Assembly (NCBI GenBank): GCA_965220965.1
Contig: OZ244852.1
Coordinates: 1,024,001-1,088,000 of the forward strand
Length of the DNA stretch: 64,000 bases
Reading direction: 5' to 3'
Source of the DNA: Candidatus Marinacidobacterium sp.
Lineage (GTDB): Bacteria > Acidobacteriota > Vicinamibacteria > Marinacidobacterales > Marinacidobacteraceae
Made by a program: the position numbers and the translations under genes. Of this stretch, positions 1-9,948 are shown in pieces. The notes below the pieces were generated by a model. That model was not told the DNA's origin. It searched no databases and worked only from the letters and a program-made list of their open reading frames with translations. Positions within the stretch are counted from its first letter, which is position 1; every line of letters starts with the position of its first letter.

Positions 1-2
1 GG

Positions 3-329
3 ATCCTCGCCGCGCTGCTGATCGGCGGCGGCGTCGCGCTCGCCGGGCGAACGGTCCGGAGGCGGCGCGCCGGGCGCCTCCCCGAGGACCGGCCCCCGGC
101 CGGACCGCGCCTTCGCCGGTGGGCCCCCTGGGTGGCCGGCGCGTGGATGGCGGGCGCGCTCGCGGCGCTCCCGGTCGTGGGAACCCTCGGAACCCTGCCG
201 CTGCTGGTGGCGGGGCTCCTCTGGCTCGCCGGCGAGCGGACGCCGTGGATCCTGCTGGGGGTTCCCCTGGCGTTTTCGGGCCTCGTCTGGGGTCTGTTCG
301 TCTGGCTCCTCGCTGTTCCCCTGCCGTAG
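3..329 (+). CDS. tctB: Tripartite tricarboxylate transporter small membrane subunit TctB-like, 5' truncated by window edge
   Basis: Open frame from position 3 (ILAALLIGGGVALAG...) to TAG at 329; hydrophobic helices ending LFVWLLAVPLP, typical of TctB C-termini; directly upstream of tctA. Confidence 0.7.
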   Translation: MLAALLIGGGVALAGRTVRRRRAGRLPEDRPPAGPRLRRWAPWVAGAWMAGALAALPVVGTLGTLPLLVAGLLWLAGERTPWILLGVPLAFSGLVWGLFVWLLAVPLP

Positions 330-352
330 CAGTCGTTCGCCGGGAGAGTTTC

Positions 353-1849
353 GTGGAGTTCCTCGACGGGCTCGCGACCGCGCTCTCGCCCGGAAACCTC
401 CTCGCCATCCTCGCCGGCGCCACGCTCGGCGTCTTCGCCGGGGCCGTTCCCGGCCTGAGCTCGACCGTGGGGCTGGCGCTCGTCCTGCCGGTCACCTTCG
501 CGCTCGAGCCCGTTCCGGCGCTCCTCATGATGACCGCGCTCTACATGGCGGCGGAGTACGGCGGGTCGATCACCGCGATCGCCATCGGAGTGCCCGGAAG
601 CGCCCCCGCGCTCGCCACCACCTTCGACGGCTACGCCATGACCCGCCACGGAGAGGCCGCCCGCGCCTTCGGCATCTCGCTGTTCGGGTCGATGAGCGGA
701 GGCATCCTCGGGACGCTGTTCCTGGTGGCCGCGCTCGCGCCGCTCTCCCGCGCCGCGGTGGCGTTCGGCCCCGCCGAGTTCTTCGGGCTCGGCGTGTTCG
801 GATTGGCGATCGTGGCGAACCTGGTCGGGAGGGACCCGCTCCGCGGAGTCATCAGCGCGGCGCTCGGCATGCTCGCGTTTGTCGTGGGGCTGGATGTCCT
901 CACCGGGGCGCCCCGACTGACGTTTGGCTCCACGCGGCTCATGGATGGACTCGGACTCGTGCCGATGCTGATCGGGTTCTTCGCGATCGCGGAGGCGCTC
1001 CGTTCCCTGGCCGAGGGGGACGGTGAGCGGGTCGCCGCGCCCGCCCGGCTCTCCGGGGCGCTTCCGCGCTTCACCGAGCTGATCCGTCTGTGGCCGGCGG
1101 TTCTGCGGGGATCGCTGATCGGCGGTCTGATCGGCGCGGTGCCCGGCGCCGGCGCGACGATCGCCTCGATCGTCGCGTGGAACGAGGAGCGCCGGGCCTC
1201 CCGCGCCCCGCACCGCTTCGGCGCCGGCGAGCCGGCGGGCGTCGCGGCGCCCGAGGCGGCGAACAACGCCTGCGTGGGCGCCGCGATGATCCCGTTGCTG
1301 GCGCTCGGCGTGCCGGGCTCCGCGAGCGCCGCGGTGCTGCTCGGGGCGCTCACCGTCCAGGGAGTGGCGCCCGGGCCGCTCCTCATGTCGGAGCAGTCCG
1401 GTCTGGTTCACGCCATCTACGCGGGGTTCCTGATCGCCGTCGCTCTCATGGCGGGAATCGGACGGCTCGGGATCCCCCTCTGGGTGCGCGTGGCCCGGCT
1501 TCGCCCCGGAATCCTCATGCCGCTCGTGGTGGCCGTGTCGCTGCTGGGGGCGTTCGCGTTGCGGGGCAACCTGGGGGACGCCTGGGCGGCGCTCTTCTTC
1601 GGAGGCGCCGGTTTCGTGATGCTGCGGGCGGGTTACCCGCTGGCGCCCGCCGTCCTGGGCCTGATCCTCGGGCCGATGATCGAGACCAACTATCGCCGCG
1701 CCCTGACCCTCTCCTCGGGCTCGCACTCGGTGTTCCTCGAGAGCCCCATCGCCCTCGCGCTGCTCGCGCTGGCGGCGCTCAGCTTCGCCTCGCCGCTGGT
1801 GCGGGCCCGCCTGCGGCGACGCGCCGGACGAAACGCGACGGACTCCTGA
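353..1849 (+). CDS. tctA: Tripartite tricarboxylate transporter permease TctA
   Basis: Motifs GAVPGLSS, YGGSITAIAIGVPG, DGYAM, GAVPGAGA, APEAANNA, LGLILGPMIE; GTG start at 353 after GGAGAG. Confidence 0.92.
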   Translation: MEFLDGLATALSPGNLLAILAGATLGVFAGAVPGLSSTVGLALVLPVTFALEPVPALLMMTALYMAAEYGGSITAIAIGVPGSAPALATTFDGYAMTRHGEAARAFGISLFGSMSGGILGTLFLVAALAPLSRAAVAFGPAEFFGLGVFGLAIVANLVGRDPLRGVISAALGMLAFVVGLDVLTGAPRLTFGSTRLMDGLGLVPMLIGFFAIAEALRSLAEGDGERVAAPARLSGALPRFTELIRLWPAVLRGSLIGGLIGAVPGAGATIASIVAWNEERRASRAPHRFGAGEPAGVAAPEAANNACVGAAMIPLLALGVPGSASAAVLLGALTVQGVAPGPLLMSEQSGLVHAIYAGFLIAVALMAGIGRLGIPLWVRVARLRPGILMPLVVAVSLLGAFALRGNLGDAWAALFFGGAGFVMLRAGYPLAPAVLGLILGPMIETNYRRALTLSSGSHSVFLESPIALALLALAALSFASPLVRARLRRRAGRNATDS

Positions 1850-1864
1850 CTATCCTGTAACGAA

Positions 1865-3259
1865 ATGAACGAGACGAACGCGGTCCTCGACTTCGCGCTG
1901 GGGACCTCCCTGGACGAGTTTCCGGACGAGCTGATCGCGCTGGGCCGCCGGACGGTCGTCGACGGTTTCGGGGTGCTCCTCGCCGGCGCGACCGAACCCT
2001 GCTGCCGGATCGTGCAGGAGCAGATCCACGTTCAGGGGGGACATGCGGAAGCGACGATCTTCGGGACGAACGGGCGGGCGCCGGCGTCGCTGGCGGCGCG
2101 CGCGAACGGGACCGCCGGCCACGCGATGGACTACGACGACACCCAGTTGTCCAACGCGCCGGACCGGATCTTCGGACTCCTGACCCATCCCACGGTGGCC
2201 CCGCTGGCGGCCGGGCTCGCGGTGGCCGAGCGCGAAGGCGCGAGCGGCCGTCGCCTGCTCGAGGCCTTTCTGATCGGGCTCGAAGTCGAGTGCAAGGTCT
2301 CGGAGGCCATCCACCCGCGCCACTACCAGGAGGGGTTCCACTCGACGGCGACGGTGGGAACGATCGGCGCGACGATCACCGCCGGACTGCTCGCCGGGCT
2401 CGACCGGGATGCGCTCGGGATGGCGCTCGGGATCGCGGCCAGCCTCGCCGCCGGCATCCGGCTGGGATTCGGCACGATGACGAAGCCGCTGCACGCCGGT
2501 CGGGCGGCGGAGAACGGAGTCCTCGCGGTGGATCTCGCCGCCCGCGGGTTCACCGCCGGACGGGACGCCCTCGAGGCGCCGTGGGGGTTCTTCCGGGTGT
2601 TCGGCGGAGGTTTCGACCCGGAGCGCCTCGCCCTCGGCCAGCCGTGGACGCTGATGGACCCGGGCGTCTCGATCAAGATGTTTCCGTCGGGCAGCCTCGG
2701 ACACCCGAGCATCGCGGCGCTCCTGAAGCTCGTCGAGGAGCGTGACGTGGAGGCCGGAGACGTTGACGCCGTCACGTTCCGGGCCGGGAGGAACATCCTG
2801 AATCCGCTGCGCTACGGCGTCCCCCGAAGCGCGCTCGAGGCGAAGTTCTCGATCCCGTTCGTGCTCTCCGCGGTTCTGCTCCGGCGCCGGGTGGGAATCC
2901 GGGAGTTCGCGGACGGGTTCTTCGAGGATCCCGCGACCGTCCGGATGATGCGGCGGGTGAGCGTCGAGTTCGACGAGGAGATCGACGCCCGGGGCTATGA
3001 CCGGATGCGCAGCGCGATGGAGATCCGCCTGCGGGACGGCCGGCTGCTCCGGTGCGAGGCCGACACCTACCCCGGGGGACCCGAGCAGCCCCTCACCACC
3101 GGGGAGCTGCACTCCAAGTTCACCGAGTGCGCCGCGCTGGTGCTCGAGCCGGAGGGCGTCGGCCCGGTTCTGGACCTGGTCGACCGGGTCGACGAGGTCC
3201 CTGTCATGGCGGATCTGGTGCGGGCCCACGACAAGGCGCTCCGCCGGGGTCCGGCGTGA
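1865..3259 (+). CDS. MmgE/PrpD family protein
   Basis: ANGTAGHAMDYDD, THPT, GFHST, TKPLHAG, IKMFPS, AKFSIPF motifs of the MmgE/PrpD fold. Confidence 0.9.
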   Translation: MNETNAVLDFALGTSLDEFPDELIALGRRTVVDGFGVLLAGATEPCCRIVQEQIHVQGGHAEATIFGTNGRAPASLAARANGTAGHAMDYDDTQLSNAPDRIFGLLTHPTVAPLAAGLAVAEREGASGRRLLEAFLIGLEVECKVSEAIHPRHYQEGFHSTATVGTIGATITAGLLAGLDRDALGMALGIAASLAAGIRLGFGTMTKPLHAGRAAENGVLAVDLAARGFTAGRDALEAPWGFFRVFGGGFDPERLALGQPWTLMDPGVSIKMFPSGSLGHPSIAALLKLVEERDVEAGDVDAVTFRAGRNILNPLRYGVPRSALEAKFSIPFVLSAVLLRRRVGIREFADGFFEDPATVRMMRRVSVEFDEEIDARGYDRMRSAMEIRLRDGRLLRCEADTYPGGPEQPLTTGELHSKFTECAALVLEPEGVGPVLDLVDRVDEVPVMADLVRAHDKALRRGPA

Positions 3260-5160
3260 AGTCCGCGCTTCGAGCGGGCGTCGGCGTCCTGGCGCTGGTC
3301 CTCGCCGTGGCCTGCGGCGGCCCGGGGGAGCCTCCCTGGGAGGTCCTCCAGACCGAGTCGGGGCGGATGGTCCCGATGCGCGACGGAGTCCGCCTCGCCA
3401 CCGATGTCTTCCGACCGGCGCTCGACGGGGAGCCGCTGACGGAGCGATTCCCGGCGCTCCTCCACCGCACCCCCTACGACCGGACCTCGGAACGGCTCGC
3501 CGAACAGGCCCGGTGGTTCGCCTCGATGGGGTACGTGGTGGTCCTGCAGGACATGCGCGGCCTCTACGGCTCCGAGGGGGTCTTCCACAAGTACCACGAG
3601 TTCGACGCCCCGGACGGGTTCGACACGATCGCGTGGATCGCGTCGCTCGACTTCACCGGCGACCGGGTGGGCATGTGGGGGACGTCCTACGGCGCCCACA
3701 CCCAGGCGGATGCGGCGAAGCTGGCGCCCCCCGCGCTCGGAACGCTGGTCCTCAACATGGGCGGACTCTCCGACCCCTGGACCCACAAGGTCCGCAACCA
3801 CGGCGCCTTCGAACTGGGACAGCAACTCGGCTGGGCGCACAGCCAGCTCTCCGCGGTGATGGAAGGGGACGAGGCCCGTCGTCAGCTCGAGGCGTCGTCT
3901 CCCGCCGACTGGTTTCCCCTCACGCCCTTCGTCCTCGACGGCTCGCCGCTCGCGGTGGCGCCCAACTTCGAGGCCTACTACCTCGAGATGCAGAACCTGG
4001 GGGACTACGACGACTGGTTCCGTGGAATCGGCCGCAACTGGCTCGAGTACTACGACCAGACCGCCGACGTCCCGATGCTCCACGTCGGGGGGTGGTACGA
4101 CTCCTACGCGCCCGGAACGATCCAGAGCTACGGGGAGCTGGCCGCGCGGAAGACGGCGCCGATGCGGCTGGTCATGGGGCCGTGGACCCATGGGCGCAAC
4201 GCCAGCTCGTTCGCCGGGGACATCGAGTTCGGCGAGGGAGCGGCCATTGCCGACTTCGCCCGCGAGTTCCATCTCCGGTGGTTCGATCACCACCTCAAGG
4301 GACGGGGCGACGGGAATCCGTTTTCCGAGGCGACCGGCCCGGTCACCCTGTTCGTGATGGGCGGCGGCGACGGCCGCCGGGACGCGAACGGGAGACTCTT
4401 CCACGGAGGGGCCTGGGAGAGCTTCGACGCCTGGCCGCCCGCAGGGACCGGCGCGGTGGAGTACTACCTGCGGCGCGGCGGCGGGCTGGCCCTCGAGCCG
4501 CCCGGGGACGGGGAGGGGGACAGCCGGTTCACCTACGACCCGGAGCATCCGGCGCCCACGATCGGCGGCGCCTTTTCGGGAGCGCTGAAGCGGGGGGGAT
4601 ACGACCAGCGGGAGCGGACCTTCGTTTCCCTCGAGGGCGGATCCGCGAACGGATTCTTCGGCTCCGAGGTGGACGGCCGCCGGACCGCGGAGCGACCCGA
4701 TGTCCTCGTCTTCGAGACCGATCCGCTCGAGGAGGACCTCGTCGTGATCGGTCCGGTGAGCGCGCGGCTCTTCGTCTCGTCCAGCGCGCCGGACACCGAC
4801 TTCACCGCCAAGCTGGTGGACGTCTATCCCCCGCACGACGACTATCCCGAAGGGTTCGACCTGAACATCACCGACGGCATTTTGCGGGCGCGCTACCGCG
4901 ACTCACGGGAAGCGGCCGCGCCTCCGATGGCCCCCGGGGAGGTCTACGAGGTCGAGATCACGCTGTTCCCCACCGCGAACCGGTTCCGGGCGGGCCACCG
5001 GCTCCGGCTCGAGATTTCGAGTTCCAACTACCCACGCTTCGACCCGAATCCGAACACCGGAGAGCCTCTCGGCCGCCACACCCGAACCATTCCGGCGGAC
5101 AACACGGTCCACCACGCCCCCACGCGGGCCTCGGCCCTGATCCTCCCGGTCCGGCGGTAA
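3256..5160 (+). CDS. CocE/NonD family serine hydrolase (probable lipoprotein)
   Basis: VPMRDGVRLATD, RTPY, nucleophile GTSYGA, MGPWTH, RLEISSSNYPRFD; LAVAC lipobox; GTG overlaps upstream stop (GTGA). Confidence 0.92.
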   Translation: MKSALRAGVGVLALVLAVACGGPGEPPWEVLQTESGRMVPMRDGVRLATDVFRPALDGEPLTERFPALLHRTPYDRTSERLAEQARWFASMGYVVVLQDMRGLYGSEGVFHKYHEFDAPDGFDTIAWIASLDFTGDRVGMWGTSYGAHTQADAAKLAPPALGTLVLNMGGLSDPWTHKVRNHGAFELGQQLGWAHSQLSAVMEGDEARRQLEASSPADWFPLTPFVLDGSPLAVAPNFEAYYLEMQNLGDYDDWFRGIGRNWLEYYDQTADVPMLHVGGWYDSYAPGTIQSYGELAARKTAPMRLVMGPWTHGRNASSFAGDIEFGEGAAIADFAREFHLRWFDHHLKGRGDGNPFSEATGPVTLFVMGGGDGRRDANGRLFHGGAWESFDAWPPAGTGAVEYYLRRGGGLALEPPGDGEGDSRFTYDPEHPAPTIGGAFSGALKRGGYDQRERTFVSLEGGSANGFFGSEVDGRRTAERPDVLVFETDPLEEDLVVIGPVSARLFVSSSAPDTDFTAKLVDVYPPHDDYPEGFDLNITDGILRARYRDSREAAAPPMAPGEVYEVEITLFPTANRFRAGHRLRLEISSSNYPRFDPNPNTGEPLGRHTRTIPADNTVHHAPTRASALILPVRR

Positions 5161-5172
5161 CGCCGACCGTGG

Positions 5173-5676
5173 TCAGCGGGTCCAGATCGTGATTTCGCGG
5201 ATCCGCCAGGCGGACGGGTTCGAGTCGAGCGGATCGGGGAGGCCCGGCGAATCGCCGACCCCGATCCGTTCGAGGCCCACCCGGAGGCGCTCCTCGACCA
5301 GGCGATCGGTGCCGATGGCGAAGCTGGTCCATTCGGCGATGAACAGCAGGTAGCTGCGGTCCGGCGTGAACCGGATGGATCCGGGGAGTTCTCTCCAGGC
5401 CACCGGGGCGCGGGCCCGGAACAGGCCGGACAGCCTTCGCCGCAACTCCCGGCCGCGCACGCTCCGCCGACTCTCGTCCGGGAAGGCGAGGAGCGCCCAG
5501 TCCGGCGGATACAGGCCCTCGAGCGCGGCGGCGTCGGCCTGGCCGAACGCCGCTTCGAAGCGGCGAAAGATCTCCTCGGTTCCGATTTCCGTCGGCGCGA
5601 GCGGCCCGCAGCCGGCGACGACGACCAGGACATGGGCCGCGAGACCCCGGCCCGCCAGTGAGACGGGAAGCCTCAC
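5173..5676 (-). CDS. Hypothetical exported protein/lipoprotein, possibly NTF2/SnoaL-like fold
   Basis: GTG at 5676 overlaps the kinase stop (GTGA); VVVAGC lipobox-like; FEAAFGQADAAALEGLY helix and terminal WRIREITI strand resemble NTF2-like proteins. Confidence 0.6.
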   Translation of the reverse strand: MRLPVSLAGRGLAAHVLVVVAGCGPLAPTEIGTEEIFRRFEAAFGQADAAALEGLYPPDWALLAFPDESRRSVRGRELRRRLSGLFRARAPVAWRELPGSIRFTPDRSYLLFIAEWTSFAIGTDRLVEERLRVGLERIGVGDSPGLPDPLDSNPSAWRIREITIWTR

Positions 5677-8600
5677 GCCGGATCCCCGTCGGGCTCTTTC
5701 CGAGGCGCCGGCGAACTCTCCGGCGCCGCGGAGGCCTCTTCTCCGAGAGGCAACTCGAGGACCATGAGCGTTCCGCGCGCGCCGTCGGCTCGCGGCCCCG
5801 CCGCAATCCGGCCGCCGTGCGCCTCCGCGAAGCGGCGGGCGTTCGCGAGCCCCAGGCCGGACCCGCGCGTCCGGGTCGAGAACTCGGCGTCGAAGATGCG
5901 GTCCCGGAGGGGCTCGGGGATGCCGGGGCCATCGTCTTCGACCTCGATGCGCGCCAGCCCTCGCGTGGGTTCGCCGGCGACCCGCACCTCGATGCGGCCC
6001 ATTCGGACCGTTTCCCGGGCCGCCGATCCGGCCGACACGTCGTCCTGAAAGGACTCCACCGCGTTCAGCAGCAGGTTCTCCACGATGCGGGCGACGATCT
6101 CCGGGTCGGCCTGCGCCCGGACCGGGCGATCGGTCCGGACGACGACCTCGGGGCCGGACCGGTTGCGGCGCCACGGCCCCACCGTCCGGCGCACCAGACC
6201 CGCCAGGTCCACGCTCTCCCGCTGGAGCGGGGCTCCAAGGGCCGAGAACTCCGAAGAAATCCGCCGCAGGCGTTCGACCTGCGCGAGGATGTCCCCGACG
6301 CTCTCATCGGCGGCCGACCGGGGATCGGCGCCCCGGGGATCCTGAAGCACCCGCCGGATGTAGTCGGCCGCCAACCCGATCGGCGCGAGGGCGTTCTTGA
6401 TGTCGTGAGCCACTCGGCGGGTCAGATCCGCTGCGGCCTCCTCCCGCATCCGCCGCCGAACGCTCGGGATCCGGCGCGCCAGCCGCTCGACGCTACCCGC
6501 GAGCAGCCGCAGCTCCACCACCGTGCCGGGAACCGGGAGCGTCCGGGCGGGAGCGCCGTCCGCGATCCGGCCGGTGGCGCGGGCGAGCCCCCGGACCGGC
6601 GCGGCCAGCCGCCGCGCCAGCAGCCCCGGCAGCAGGATCGCGAAGACGAGCGCGATCGAGCCGCCCCCGAGGATCAGACTGCGCTGGAGAGCCCGCACCT
6701 CCTCGAGGCGTCCAGCTTCGTCGGCGGCGAGGGGAACAGCGAGGAACGTCGGCTCCCCCAGCGGCGAAGGGATCGGCAACGACGTCCAGAGCACCCGGTG
6801 GCGAAGACGCCCCGCCTGTTCGATGCTGAAGTCCTCCGGGATCCGGGGATCCCCCCGCAGAACCGCGGCGTGCGCCTGCGGCGGCGGCCGGGAGGGGAGC
6901 AGCCCGGTCTCGACGAGTTCCGGACGGCTCACCGCCAGCAGCGCGCCTCCGGTGTAGAGAGCGGCGTCGGTGTCCGTCTGGTCGGCGGCGTGCGCCAGCC
7001 GGAGGCCGAGCTCCTCGGGCGGCGCCGCCAGGTCGAACGCGCCCAGCTCCGAGGCCACCCGCTCCACCGTGCGCGAGCGGGCCACCGCCTCCTCGTCGCT
7101 CGCCGCTTCCAGAAGCGTGGCGAACATGCCCTCGGCGAGCAGCGCGAGCCCCAGGATGGCGATCAGGACCGCCGCGGCGAGGGTCTCGGTGAGCTGCATC
7201 TGGAAGCTCCGGCGCGCCGGCGTCCCGCGCGGGTTCGGCCGCAACCGGCGGATCCGCGCGCCGCCGGCGACGAGCAGCGCGAGGAGCGCCGCGAGCAGAA
7301 TCCACCCCAGCAGCGCGGTGACGCGATCGCTGGCCCCGGTCCCGATCCAGGACACAACGAACCGGTCTTCGTCGACCGGAACCGTGACGGCGGTCCGCCC
7401 CGGTTCGGTGGCGAACGCCGAAGCCGCCGGCCGCGTCAGACGAAGGTCCCTTCCGCTGAAGACGGCGGGCGCCGTCCCTCCGCGAACGACGAAGTGGTCC
7501 GCGATGCCGGCGGACCGGGGGACCAGGGGGATCTCGCGGTCGCGGTCCGCCGCCCGCAGGGTCACGGTTTCGCCGGATGCGAAGCGGCGGCGCGTCGTCA
7601 GGAGCGTCTCGTCCCCGAACCTGGGCCGGGACCGCCCTCCGGAAAGATCCTCCGCGGCGCACCCGGCGATGGGCGACCACTCGTTCGGCGCCGGCTCGGA
7701 CGGAGGCGGATCCGGACGCCGCGAGAGCCGTGCGCCGAAGCGCGATGTCGGTCTCTCGGGGTGGCGAACCTCCAGGCCGCTCGCCGCGGTCAGGTGCGGC
7801 AGACCGGTCCGGCGCCACAGCTCGTAGGCGCTCCTCCCCGCAAGCGACGCCTCGGCGTCGAGCGCGCTCCGGGCCTGCTCGAGGGCGTGGCAGATGGCGA
7901 ACCGGTGCCGCAGGACCTGGACCGGCGCGGCGGACCGCGCGTACTGGTTCCGAACCTCTTCCTGCCGCCACTCGAGCGCCGGGTACCAGACCATCGTGGG
8001 CGCGGCAAACAGGCCGAAGGCCGCCAGAAAGGCGAGCCCGGGCTCGTGGGACAGAAGGGGCCGACGCAGGCGACGGAGCGCGAGGAGGCTTCGTCGCCAG
8101 CCCACCACCGCCGCCGCCCCCAGCACCGGGAACACCGCGAGGGCGAGGGGCGCCCCCCAGATCAGGGAAGCGGCCCCGACGACGGCGAGCGCCGCCAGCG
8201 CGCCCGGGAGAACCGGGCGCAGGAGCGCCGCCAACAGCAGGCCGAACGCAGCAAAGAACAGGAGGAAGGCGCTCCAGGCCAGCACTTCGGCCCATCCCAC
8301 GCCGACCCGCCAGGTGGGAGCGAACGGCGTCGCGCCGGATCCGCCTCCGAGCTCGAGGAAGGCCACCGCCGCCACCGCGAACGCTCCGGCCGCAGCGCCC
8401 CGGATCAGGGCGCGCGCGCCGCCCCCCCGGGGCCGCGACCGGCGCAGCATTCGCATCGAGACGACGCGCACCGACAGGAAGAATGCGAGCGCGGTCGCCA
8501 CCGCGTCCAGCGGGGAGCCGGACCAGAAGTCCGCCGAAAGGGCCGGGAGGCTCCCGCCGGCCGGCAGCAGGGGGGCCCCTGACTCGGCGCCGGGCGCCGG

Positions 8601-9761
8601 CGCCGGCAGCGCCCCCACGAAGACGCCGCCGGCGATCCGGATCACCCAGACGCCGGCGATGGCGGCGAGCGATCCGCGTCGCCAGAGCGCGACCCCCGCC
8701 GCCAGCCCCCCGAGCAGCAACGCCGCCGCCCCGATGACGCCGGCGGCGGCGCGCCGCTCGGCGCGCCGGGCCGGAACCGGGGCCACAACCGTGCTCGCGG
8801 AGCCAAGCAACTGGCCGTCGTAGGCGCGAAGCGCGAAGAAATATCGCTGGGAACCCTCGGGGCCATCGACGAATTCCTCTCCGCGCCTCTCGAACAGCTC
8901 GGCCAGCGGCTGCGGGTCTTCGGCGCCCTCCAGAAGCTGCGCCTCGACGCCCCGTCCGGCCGCCGCCTCAACCACCGAAAGCGCCGGCGCCCCGGAGGAT
9001 GGGGGCGATGACACCAGAATCGGCGCTTCCACCGTGACCAGGCCGCGCAGCGTCCGGGTGCAGTCGGCGGCCGCCAGGACCCCGCCCGACCCCCGTTCGG
9101 AGTAGAGGAAGAGCGGAAAGGCCGGATCGGGACAGGTCTCCGGAGTCACGCCGTCCGGAAAGAACTCCGCCAGCGCCTCTCCGAGATCGGTGGCGCCGGG
9201 CGACCACGCGATCGGACGGAGCCGGTCGTCGTGCAGCGTGGCGCCGCCCGGCCCGAACTCATTCCCCGGCAGGGGCCAGCCAGCGAGAATCTCGAACGCC
9301 AGCGACCGGAAGTCGCGCGCATCCGAGCCCTCCACGGCGGCCGCGAGGTTGGGCGTGCGAGCCAGCAGGTAGGCCGCATCCCCGATGCGCCGGGTGGTGT
9401 CCGCCAGCCAGGTGTCGACCCGCCCCGCGGCTCGCGCCGCCGAGCCCGGTCCGGCGACGGGATCGGTCGCGATCGCCGCGCCGCAGACGAACGCCGCGAG
9501 CCCCGCCGCTGCGAGCGGCGCCACGATCCCGGTCGGGCCTGCCGCCTTCCCGGACCCCGAAGCGCGTCGGCGCCACGCCAGCAGGAGAACGCCGGCGCAG
9601 GCGACGACGGCCGACCAACGGGCGAACATCGGGAGCGCGCCGAACGCCGTGCTCACGTCGATCATGGCGATCAGGAACAGCGCGGCCGCCGCGGCCGCGA
9701 CCAATGCTCCGACCGGCCTCGACGAGCCTCGCCAGCGTCTCCAGCCGAGCATGAAATCCAC
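5673..9761 (-). CDS. Large multi-pass membrane sensor histidine kinase (HAMP + HisKA + HATPase; NtrY-like H box)
   Basis: H box RRVAHDIKNALAPI, N box IVENLLLNAVES, G1 VEDDGPGIP, G2 GSGLGLA; many TM segments; GTG start at 9761 after GGAGGAG. Confidence 0.88.
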   Translation of the reverse strand: MDFMLGWRRWRGSSRPVGALVAAAAAALFLIAMIDVSTAFGALPMFARWSAVVACAGVLLLAWRRRASGSGKAAGPTGIVAPLAAAGLAAFVCGAAIATDPVAGPGSAARAAGRVDTWLADTTRRIGDAAYLLARTPNLAAAVEGSDARDFRSLAFEILAGWPLPGNEFGPGGATLHDDRLRPIAWSPGATDLGEALAEFFPDGVTPETCPDPAFPLFLYSERGSGGVLAAADCTRTLRGLVTVEAPILVSSPPSSGAPALSVVEAAAGRGVEAQLLEGAEDPQPLAELFERRGEEFVDGPEGSQRYFFALRAYDGQLLGSASTVVAPVPARRAERRAAAGVIGAAALLLGGLAAGVALWRRGSLAAIAGVWVIRIAGGVFVGALPAPAPGAESGAPLLPAGGSLPALSADFWSGSPLDAVATALAFFLSVRVVSMRMLRRSRPRGGGARALIRGAAAGAFAVAAVAFLELGGGSGATPFAPTWRVGVGWAEVLAWSAFLLFFAAFGLLLAALLRPVLPGALAALAVVGAASLIWGAPLALAVFPVLGAAAVVGWRRSLLALRRLRRPLLSHEPGLAFLAAFGLFAAPTMVWYPALEWRQEEVRNQYARSAAPVQVLRHRFAICHALEQARSALDAEASLAGRSAYELWRRTGLPHLTAASGLEVRHPERPTSRFGARLSRRPDPPPSEPAPNEWSPIAGCAAEDLSGGRSRPRFGDETLLTTRRRFASGETVTLRAADRDREIPLVPRSAGIADHFVVRGGTAPAVFSGRDLRLTRPAASAFATEPGRTAVTVPVDEDRFVVSWIGTGASDRVTALLGWILLAALLALLVAGGARIRRLRPNPRGTPARRSFQMQLTETLAAAVLIAILGLALLAEGMFATLLEAASDEEAVARSRTVERVASELGAFDLAAPPEELGLRLAHAADQTDTDAALYTGGALLAVSRPELVETGLLPSRPPPQAHAAVLRGDPRIPEDFSIEQAGRLRHRVLWTSLPIPSPLGEPTFLAVPLAADEAGRLEEVRALQRSLILGGGSIALVFAILLPGLLARRLAAPVRGLARATGRIADGAPARTLPVPGTVVELRLLAGSVERLARRIPSVRRRMREEAAADLTRRVAHDIKNALAPIGLAADYIRRVLQDPRGADPRSAADESVGDILAQVERLRRISSEFSALGAPLQRESVDLAGLVRRTVGPWRRNRSGPEVVVRTDRPVRAQADPEIVARIVENLLLNAVESFQDDVSAGSAARETVRMGRIEVRVAGEPTRGLARIEVEDDGPGIPEPLRDRIFDAEFSTRTRGSGLGLANARRFAEAHGGRIAAGPRADGARGTLMVLELPLGEEASAAPESSPAPRKEPDGDPA

Positions 9762-9948
9762 GAACGATCTCCTCCCGCGCGCAACCCCGGCGGCGGGCGG
9801 GAGGGGGCGTAAAGTACAAGCAGAACCGGCGCCGCCGGATCTTGGCCTGTTGACGAAGCCGCGTGAGCGCCGGGGCCGCGACCGGGGAAACCCGGACGCG
9901 GAGGTCTGGCCGGGGTCCACCGACGACCCGGCCGGTGGTCTCCGGCGC

